Of a stretch of 64,000 bases of DNA, positions 29,877 through 37,376 are shown in pieces. The DNA is from a virus. Lineage: Duplodnaviria > Caudoviricetes. The DNA lies in IMG/VR virus record IMGVR_UViG_3300010270_000379, positions 1-64,000 of that record; one strand, written 5' to 3'. Both the position numbers and the translations under genes were made by a program. The notes beneath the pieces were generated by a model, which had not been told where the DNA came from, searched no databases, and saw only the letters and a program-made list of their open reading frames with translations. Every line of letters starts with the position of its first letter. Position 1 is the stretch's first letter.

Positions 29877-29905
29877 TTGACTAATTTAATTATTCATACG
29901 ATAAT
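29877..29905 (+). promoter_or_regulatory. Antisense sigma70 promoter facing the 3' end of the nuclease gene
   Basis: TTGACT-17-GATAAT. Confidence 0.55.
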
Positions 29906-29937
29906 TTAATTAGTTCGGGATTTCTTAATCCCATCAG

Positions 29938-30732
29938 TTAAAGGGAAGTTCGTTTATGAGCTTCCCTTATTTCTTTTAAATCATAATTATGAAATTTTTG
30001 TTCTGTTTCTACCCACACAGATAATATTCCATTTTTTCCATCTTTTGTCATACTCTCTACAGCCTGGTCTAAAGGTAAATGAGTTTTATTTTTGTTCAAT
30101 CTTACCTGTGTAGGTTTATTTTCAATCACATGTATAAATACACCCTCACAATTATATTTTTTCATACCTTTTTGATAATTATTCATAATTGAATTATCTT
30201 CTTTTTTATCTGTTTGATTTTTTGACTTTTTAAAATCTACAGGAACACCATTTACTATTGCATCAACTTTTTTACTTCCTATAGAAGGTTCCTCAATTAA
30301 ATAAACCTTAAAACCTAAACTCGACAAAATAACAGCCTGTAACCTTTCTTTAAATTCATTATTGCCATGTACTCTGTTAGGATGTTCAAATATATAACCT
30401 TTATAAATATGTCCGGTTTCTGGTTCTGTTATTTTATAATATTTCTTTTTACATCCCTTATATCTATTACTAATCCAATCTTTTACTGATTGTGATAAAT
30501 TAGTTCTATATTTTGTTAATAGGTTTTCAAGTTCTATACCTCCGGCAGCTCTTTTTCGTTTATCTTCTTCTAAAAGTTTTACCCATCTATAGCCTTCATG
30601 TGTACCATGTTTATCTTTTATTTGAACTAACTTCTTTACTAAATTTGCCTTAACTCTTTTATTATGATTTGATTTTTCAATATATTTTTCAGACAATTCA
30701 TTATAAACATCAGATTGAACAAGTAATATCAT
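29938..30732 (-). CDS. Putative PD-(D/E)xK nuclease toxin (CdiA C-terminal tRNase-like)
   Basis: ERLQAVILSSLGFKVYLIEE...KKVDAIVNGVPVDFKK motif; N-terminal IEKS...LVKKLVQIKDKHGTHEGYRWVK. Confidence 0.65.
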   Translation of the reverse strand: MILLVQSDVYNELSEKYIEKSNHNKRVKANLVKKLVQIKDKHGTHEGYRWVKLLEEDKRKRAAGGIELENLLTKYRTNLSQSVKDWISNRYKGCKKKYYKITEPETGHIYKGYIFEHPNRVHGNNEFKERLQAVILSSLGFKVYLIEEPSIGSKKVDAIVNGVPVDFKKSKNQTDKKEDNSIMNNYQKGMKKYNCEGVFIHVIENKPTQVRLNKNKTHLPLDQAVESMTKDGKNGILSVWVETEQKFHNYDLKEIREAHKRTSL

Positions 30733-30743
30733 TTCATTTCTCC

Positions 30744-30780
30744 AAAAACAGGTAACGCATCCTATAAAGGACACGTTACC
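30744..30780 (-). terminator. Terminator-like hairpin between the large cargo gene and the nuclease gene
   Basis: GGTAACGTGTCCT-TTAT-AGGATGCGTTACC followed by TGTTTTT. Confidence 0.55.
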
Positions 30781-30811
30781 AGAAATCTTTTCTACTCTTG
30801 CAGATAGATTA

Positions 30812-33800
30812 CTATTTACGAATTAAGAAGCGGCCATCTTTAATAAGATATTTTGGAAGTGATTTCTCTATTTTACCGGCACCGTCAATGTCAATTTTAA
30901 TATCCTTACCGGTTTCTGCCATAATCTGATTTACAGCATAGCGGCCGTTTCTATTCAATTGTCGCTGCCATGCACCCTGAGAAGGAGACCATCTAAAGCC
31001 GTTATGTTTAAGTTTATCAATAACGTCTCTTTCTGGCTTTCCATCGTAGATAATCTGAATTCTATCAAGCTCTGGATTTTCATAGATATAACCACCATCA
31101 AAATCTACACGGCCGGTATTTGTGTTTGAACCTGATCCGCCTTCATTATTGCTTTCAGATGCTTTTCTTTCATCAATAACGGCCTGTCTTTTCTGTAGTT
31201 CTTCAAGTCTCTGTTTATTTCTACGAATATCGGCTGTCTGATTTGAGCCAAACGGATGTTCTATCCCCTGTTTAATAACTTCATCAGAATATCCTTTTTC
31301 TTTTGCAGCATTTACAGTCTGAGTTAAAACTTCACGTCTTTTAGCTCTATCTTCATCAGATCTATCAGCCCATTGCCAATTGGTAATACCGTTCTTTTTA
31401 CACATTTTGTTGTAAAGAAGTGTAACGTCATGTGAATCTTCCATGAACTTGATTTTTCCCTGGATTTTCTCAATAGCGTATGGATCTGTATTGTCAATCT
31501 TATCGCCATAACTCCATTTTCCCCTAGAGTAATCTTCAAAAACTTTCTTCTTTACATCTTCAACGCTATCATTACCGCCGGTATATTTCAGCTCTTTCAA
31601 ACGTTTTTCAGTGTTCTTAATAAACTTTTCTTTCTTTTCTTCAAAAGTTTCGTAGGCACGTCTTTCTGCTTCCATCTTCTGATTAAAACGTTTTGTATTA
31701 TATCTAGCCGGGCCGGCTACTGCCCATGAAGGGCCGGCAGCAAGTCTTTTACTTGCCATTTCATTATAGCTACTTCCAACTAATCCGGCATAAGCATTAA
31801 TACGCTCCTGGAAATATGCTTTTTGCTGCTCATTCATCTTTGAAACATTGAACTTATCACGGAAATTTGACATTTCAACATTTACATCATGCTGATAAAC
31901 TGAGCCGGCATTACCTGACATTGAAATATCACTAACTCTACGGGCTGTTTCTGAATCAATTCTAGGAATAGGTGTAACTATACCATCCCTAGCGTCTTTT
32001 TCATCCATTTCAGCCCTTGCAACGTTATCTCTTGCAGCATTAAGTTTCTTATCAAGTTCAAATCCGTTGCCCTGGCCTATCTGACTTTCAAGATCTTTTA
32101 ATTCTTTTTTTGCATCTTCAACGGCATCAGAATCGCTCATTTTTCCGTTATAAGCGGCATCGTGTAAAGTCAAAAGCTCTCTACGATCATCACCGGTGTA
32201 ATTCTTTGTTGAATCTGTAAGTCTGGTAACTTCGGCCATAAGCTCTTTTATTTTTGAGCTACCGTTAAGCCATTTCTGATAATCAGAATCAGGCCCCATA
32301 TCCTTTTCACTCAATCCACCACCAAAACCGTTATTCTTTTCATAAAGAGCAACGTTTTCTTTTTTCTGTTTAGTGATTTCTTTACCAAGTTTCTTATATT
32401 CTGCTACAGCTTCATCCTTAGTAAAATTAGAATAATCGACTACAGGCTCATTTTCTTCCGGCTCAACAAGTCTAAATCCGGCCGCATTATCATTGCCTAA
32501 CATAGCATTAGAGCGATTTTCATGCTTCTCTGCTTCTGTTTCTTCCGGCTCTGTATCAGGCTCATTCTTTACTTCTTCAAGTTTCTGTTTAAGCTGCTCA
32601 CGATAGTCTTTTTTACTCTGTATTGTTTCTTCATCATCAAGATTGTTGATTTCAATACCGAGTTTAATAATTCTATCTTCCAAAGTCTGTATTTTTTCTT
32701 CTTTAGAAAGTCCACCAAGATATACAGGAGGTTCTTTTTCAAGGGCCTCAGCAAATTTATCAAGCAATTCACCAAATTTTTTAGCTTCTTCTTTTTCAGC
32801 CTTCTTTTTCTTTTCTTCCATTTCTTTCTGGTATTGTCTGGTTTTTGCTTCCTTCCAGATTTCTTTATTTTTTTCCTGTATATCTCGTCTTTCCCTATAG
32901 GCTTTCAGTTCTTCTTCTGTAGGCTCTGTAAGCTGTTTTTCAAGGTCCTTAATCTGGTTTTCAATTTCTGTCTGCTGCTCTTTTGTCAAACTAGCCCATT
33001 TTGTAGCACGGCCACGATAAAGTTCACGTTTCAAAGCCATAAGTTTAAGATGGTCGTAATATGGATGATCCGGGAATACACTACAACTATCTTTCTCAAA
33101 ATAATCTGTCATCATATCAGTATTATTTTCAGGATAGAAAATAGAAGGAATACTAGCACCGTAACTATCAGCATACAAGCGAATATATTCACTTCCATCA
33201 TCAGCTTCACGAATTGTAGCGTCAATCTTTTCAAGTTTACCGGATTTATCTTTAATACCATCTTTTGTAAATCTGTATCGAGGAATATTTGAAGTATCTG
33301 AGCTTTCATTATAGGCATTACTTACACCCATAACAGTATTAAAGAACTTCTCAGCAATTGTTGAACCTGTTGCACCGTCAAGCTGCTCTTTAAGATCGTT
33401 TACTTTCTTCCAAACTTCTGTAAATGTTTCATCGTCATTAGGCATATATCTAGGTCGATAATTCTCTTTTTCGGCCATTTCTTTCAAGTCTACAACGATA
33501 TAACCAGGTCGCTTAAACTTATCTTCATAGTTGATTCTTACAGATGGATTGTCGATTGTTTCAGTATCACCCAAAGAGAATGAATAGCCATCACCAAAGG
33601 CCAAAGCATCTGAGTAATAACCACCGAATTTCTTATAAAGCCAATCACTAGAAATAGTCTGGCCCTTTACCTTACGTTTAATCCATTCATTGATTGTATC
33701 ATGGTATACAGAAGGAATTTTGAATGAGCCTTTATTTTCTTCTTTAAGTCTATTTCTAAATTCAGCAATCTTCTTTTCAACTTCATCTTTTTCTTTTCTG

Positions 33801-34753
33801 GCAGCACGTCTTTTTATATCTTCTTCCTGTGTTGTATGTCTATTGCTCCATCCGCCATTCTGCTTAAATTCCTTTTCAAGAACATTATAACGGTCTATCA
33901 GGGCCTTAAATTCAGCCTTGTCTTTTTCAATCTTAGCTACTTCTTCGACAGTTTTTTCCTGTTCTTTCTTGAAGTCTTTTTTAGCGTTCTGGTTGCCTTT
34001 CATAGCTTCACTTAAAGATGTAGTATCTTTAATTTCAGTCTGAACGGCCTCGTTAGTTCCGTTAATATCCTGTTTTTTAGCATTTTCTGTAGCTGTTTCA
34101 GTAACTTTTTCTTCTGCAGTAGGTGTAACTTTCTGTACATCTTTTGCTGCAAATCGGCCCATAGAACCATCATCAAAATTAATAAATACCATACCATTAT
34201 TAAAGTCTTTTACAACTTTTCCGGTCTGGCCTTTATAAGTTACTTTATCACCTACGGCAATTTTACCCTGTACAGGTTTTAATATCTCTTTTACTTTTTC
34301 TGTAAATGTTTTTTTGCCACCGTTCAATGCTGTCTTAGCTGTTCTTACGGCTTCTTGTAATTCTGAAACAATATCAAGTGTTTTTCCGTTTGTATCCTGG
34401 AATCTGTTTACATTTTCCATAACAATCTGCAGTAATTCATCTGTAGATTTTGCGTTCATTACGGCCTTTTTAAGATATGCTATAGACTGTTTTGCACCAC
34501 GGCTATTAGATTCATAAATCAATCTCCATTTGCCCGGAGCAATCTTTTTATATTTACGGCCTCGCCATTCTCTTACAGTTCCAATACCATAACCACGGCT
34601 TTTCTCAATCTCACTAAATGTGGATGGATTCATAACATTGTAGATGTATTCAAGCTGATTAAGAGATTTATTAATCTCTGCCGGAGCATCATCTGTCTGC
34701 TTATTCAAAATCGCAATAATCTTCTTCTTAAAGTAATTCAAGTCTTTAGCCAT
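30812..34753 (-). CDS. Large polyvalent-type cargo protein: shared tag, KOW-like motif, C-terminal DUF3560-like region
   Basis: Start reassigned to MAKDL. KSRGYGIGTVREWRGRKYKKIAPGKW tag; PSWAVAGPARYN and KPERDVIDKLKHNGFRWSPSQGAWQRQL. Confidence 0.7.
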   Translation of the reverse strand: MAKDLNYFKKKIIAILNKQTDDAPAEINKSLNQLEYIYNVMNPSTFSEIEKSRGYGIGTVREWRGRKYKKIAPGKWRLIYESNSRGAKQSIAYLKKAVMNAKSTDELLQIVMENVNRFQDTNGKTLDIVSELQEAVRTAKTALNGGKKTFTEKVKEILKPVQGKIAVGDKVTYKGQTGKVVKDFNNGMVFINFDDGSMGRFAAKDVQKVTPTAEEKVTETATENAKKQDINGTNEAVQTEIKDTTSLSEAMKGNQNAKKDFKKEQEKTVEEVAKIEKDKAEFKALIDRYNVLEKEFKQNGGWSNRHTTQEEDIKRRAARKEKDEVEKKIAEFRNRLKEENKGSFKIPSVYHDTINEWIKRKVKGQTISSDWLYKKFGGYYSDALAFGDGYSFSLGDTETIDNPSVRINYEDKFKRPGYIVVDLKEMAEKENYRPRYMPNDDETFTEVWKKVNDLKEQLDGATGSTIAEKFFNTVMGVSNAYNESSDTSNIPRYRFTKDGIKDKSGKLEKIDATIREADDGSEYIRLYADSYGASIPSIFYPENNTDMMTDYFEKDSCSVFPDHPYYDHLKLMALKRELYRGRATKWASLTKEQQTEIENQIKDLEKQLTEPTEEELKAYRERRDIQEKNKEIWKEAKTRQYQKEMEEKKKKAEKEEAKKFGELLDKFAEALEKEPPVYLGGLSKEEKIQTLEDRIIKLGIEINNLDDEETIQSKKDYREQLKQKLEEVKNEPDTEPEETEAEKHENRSNAMLGNDNAAGFRLVEPEENEPVVDYSNFTKDEAVAEYKKLGKEITKQKKENVALYEKNNGFGGGLSEKDMGPDSDYQKWLNGSSKIKELMAEVTRLTDSTKNYTGDDRRELLTLHDAAYNGKMSDSDAVEDAKKELKDLESQIGQGNGFELDKKLNAARDNVARAEMDEKDARDGIVTPIPRIDSETARRVSDISMSGNAGSVYQHDVNVEMSNFRDKFNVSKMNEQQKAYFQERINAYAGLVGSSYNEMASKRLAAGPSWAVAGPARYNTKRFNQKMEAERRAYETFEEKKEKFIKNTEKRLKELKYTGGNDSVEDVKKKVFEDYSRGKWSYGDKIDNTDPYAIEKIQGKIKFMEDSHDVTLLYNKMCKKNGITNWQWADRSDEDRAKRREVLTQTVNAAKEKGYSDEVIKQGIEHPFGSNQTADIRRNKQRLEELQKRQAVIDERKASESNNEGGSGSNTNTGRVDFDGGYIYENPELDRIQIIYDGKPERDVIDKLKHNGFRWSPSQGAWQRQLNRNGRYAVNQIMAETGKDIKIDIDGAGKIEKSLPKYLIKDGRFLIRK

Positions 34754-34784
34754 CTTAATTTTCCTCCCAGGAACGAAAAAAAAT

Positions 34785-34902
34785 AAAAAAAGGCAGCTAC
34801 CAAAAAACAGATCCAAAAATCTGTTAATTGATAACTGCCCTTTTCAGAACATATTATTTGTAATGTTTAAGTTATTTTATAACAGTATTACCCAAAAATC
34901 AA
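34785..34902 (-). promoter_or_regulatory. Late-type promoter with leader hairpin and terminator, copy 6
   Basis: TTGATT-17-TAAAAT; TGTTC-TGAAAA-GGGCA; GGCAG...CTGCC; T7. Confidence 0.78.
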
Positions 34903-34905
34903 TTA

Positions 34906-35112
34906 CTAATTGCCTGATAATAAATCGTCTATTTTTTCTGTAAATGATTTTTTCACCGGTTTTTCAATTATAGATTCCTCACCGTGTAATTGTTTCATAT
35001 ACTGATTAAATTCCTCTACAATTCCGGCCGGAGCGCCTTCTTTAAGATGCCAATTATCTTCTTCCATAACAAAATATGGAGAATCTAAAAATAGTGGTCT
35101 ACTTCCTATCAT
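34906..35112 (-). CDS. Small acidic protein, candidate immunity for the upstream metallopeptidase
   Basis: ATGA overlap with the peptidase gene; FLDSPYFVMEEDNWHLKEGAPAGIVEEFNQYM. Confidence 0.55.
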   Translation of the reverse strand: MIGSRPLFLDSPYFVMEEDNWHLKEGAPAGIVEEFNQYMKQLHGEESIIEKPVKKSFTEKIDDLLSGN

Positions 35113-37199
35113 ACCATACCTCTCATATATTTCTTATATTTTAATGTTTCCTTAAAAACTTCAACTGCAAAAGCAGAAGGATTTTCACTTCCTAAAGCCT
35201 GTTGTAAACACTCAGCACCAAATTCGTCTGCATCTGTTGTAGCATATTCCGATATACCAAATTTTATAATATCATCCTGTTTAGGTCCACCTTTTTTACC
35301 TCGCATTTTCAATCGTTTAGTTACATTTTGTTTTATTCTTTTTGCAAGCCTTCCATGTGTCATAACATGATAATATTCATGGTATGTAATATCTTTTGCC
35401 GATGTTCCTTTAGGATGGAAAGATCCTTCTGTTCCCTCATAAGTATCTTGAAAATTTGAATAATCACTATAATTTTTTGAATTATAGGTAATCTCTCCAC
35501 CCCTGGCAAAAGCCCACCAATTTTTATAACATGGTTCACACTTCATTGAAATATTTCTACCTTTTTGTTCTGGAAATATAGCAAATAACCGTTCCATGCA
35601 CTTAAACACATCTTTAGCAGCATTTACATCCATTCTTTTTAAGTCTAATCGTTTGTTTCCTTCATCAGAATACCAATCTTTAGACTTAATCAGGTTTTCA
35701 ACATCTTCCGAAATTTTACACTCATTTATTTTTTCATCCTTGCCATATTTATAACCTCGTAAATAATAATAAGCTATCGGCCCCATAAAAACATCAAGTT
35801 TCTTTTCAAAACTATCTCTTTCTTCTGCAAGTTCATTAGCTTGTTTTCTGTAGCTTAAAACTTCATCCCATATTTCATGTCTACTTTCATCGTGGTTTAG
35901 TAATAATTCATGGTATTTATTTCTTGCTTCATTTTCTTTTTTAATTACATCTTTTAATTTTTCCTTTAGTGTATCTCTTTCAGCCATAAGAGAATTTACA
36001 CCTTCCAGGGCTTTAGTTACTTCTTCATCGGAATAAGTTTTTAGTCCATTATCCTCATTAATCTTATTTATCTTTTCTTCCCTGGCAACCTTAGCAGCTC
36101 TATTTTTCTCTTTTATTTCTTCATTTACTTTATGCTTTACACGATTTTCAACATCTTTTAATAATTCATCAAAATTAGAAATACCATTAATAACACACCA
36201 TCTTTGAGCAGCTTTCTTATCTGTTATATTTTTCATAAGAGTAATTAAATTTGTATAAACAGCCCATGTAGAATTTTTGTGTTCATTTACAAATTCATTA
36301 ATCTTATTATTAAAATCAACAATAGCACTGTTTTCTGAATCTGGAATATCAGCCCTGTTAACATTTTTTTCGTTTTCAATTCCTACAAAAAAGTCTTTTT
36401 TAATATAATTCTTTTCAACTTCATTAAAGCGCCACTGTATTCTTGATAATAAAGGATGCAATTCACCTTTTAATCTTTCATAAGCTGCTGATTTATTCCA
36501 ATCCCCTTCATTTTCTGCTTCACGTAACTTTTTTGTAATATTACCGTAAAGTTCTGTTGCCTGATCGTGAATAGCTTTCATAGTTTTATAATCGCTATTA
36601 TCATAATCAACATGAACGGTTTTATTATAAGCTGCATCTATTTCCTTTATTTCATCTGAAATTCTTTCATCTTCACTCTTTCCATTTTCCTTCTTAAACT
36701 GTTCTATCTGTTCCTGGGTAGATGGTTTTCCTGTATTCAAGCGGCCTCTACTTTCTTTTACAGCGTTTTGAAGTTCTTCCACAATCGGCAGCAACTTACC
36801 ATCAGCATCCATGAACCTGTTAGTATTTTCCATTACAAGTTGTAATAATTCGTCTATGCTCTGAGCATTTGCAATTTTCTTTTTGATGATATTAATAGAC
36901 TGTCTGGCCCCTCTTGTATTTGAATCGTAAATCCTTCGCCACTTTCCAGGAGCTATTTTTCGAAATTTCTGGCCCTTCCAAACTCTAACCGTACCTATTC
37001 CATAGCCGGCCTTTTCAATTCCTATTTCAGAATATGTCTTTTTAATTGAATTGTCATAATCCTCTATGGCTTTACTTACAATTTCTTCATCATTCTTTTC
37101 CAGGACCTTAATTAATTCCTTCTTAAAATAATTTAATTGCGCTGCATCCTTCTTTTTATTCAAGCTCTTAATTAATTCAGCACTTACTACAACCTTCAT
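35109..37199 (-). CDS. Virion cargo protein: shared tag plus zincin metallopeptidase
   Basis: KAGYGIGTVRVWKGQKFRKIAPGKW tag; FHPKGT...ITYHEYYH and ISEYATTDADEFGAE. Confidence 0.8.
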   Translation of the reverse strand: MKVVVSAELIKSLNKKKDAAQLNYFKKELIKVLEKNDEEIVSKAIEDYDNSIKKTYSEIGIEKAGYGIGTVRVWKGQKFRKIAPGKWRRIYDSNTRGARQSINIIKKKIANAQSIDELLQLVMENTNRFMDADGKLLPIVEELQNAVKESRGRLNTGKPSTQEQIEQFKKENGKSEDERISDEIKEIDAAYNKTVHVDYDNSDYKTMKAIHDQATELYGNITKKLREAENEGDWNKSAAYERLKGELHPLLSRIQWRFNEVEKNYIKKDFFVGIENEKNVNRADIPDSENSAIVDFNNKINEFVNEHKNSTWAVYTNLITLMKNITDKKAAQRWCVINGISNFDELLKDVENRVKHKVNEEIKEKNRAAKVAREEKINKINEDNGLKTYSDEEVTKALEGVNSLMAERDTLKEKLKDVIKKENEARNKYHELLLNHDESRHEIWDEVLSYRKQANELAEERDSFEKKLDVFMGPIAYYYLRGYKYGKDEKINECKISEDVENLIKSKDWYSDEGNKRLDLKRMDVNAAKDVFKCMERLFAIFPEQKGRNISMKCEPCYKNWWAFARGGEITYNSKNYSDYSNFQDTYEGTEGSFHPKGTSAKDITYHEYYHVMTHGRLAKRIKQNVTKRLKMRGKKGGPKQDDIIKFGISEYATTDADEFGAECLQQALGSENPSAFAVEVFKETLKYKKYMRGMV

Positions 37200-37208
37200 T
37201 TATGGCCT

Positions 37209-37376
37209 CCCACGTAAAATATGACTTTTTTGCTATTTACGGATTTACCGTATTTAACACTTGTTTTCTTGTCTAAAACTGTCTAAAATCTTGTCTATTT
37301 ACGTCTAATATGTAATTAATAATGTCTAAAAATGTCTAACTATCCACGTAAAATATTACTTTTAGACTTTTTAGAC
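37209..37376. repeat. GTCTA(A) array bracketed by a 20-bp direct repeat
   Basis: GTCTA at 37271, 37281, 37293, 37303, 37324, 37334; inverted TTAGAC at 37362 and 37371; CCACGTAAAATAT(G/T)ACTTTT at 37210 and 37344. Confidence 0.75.
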
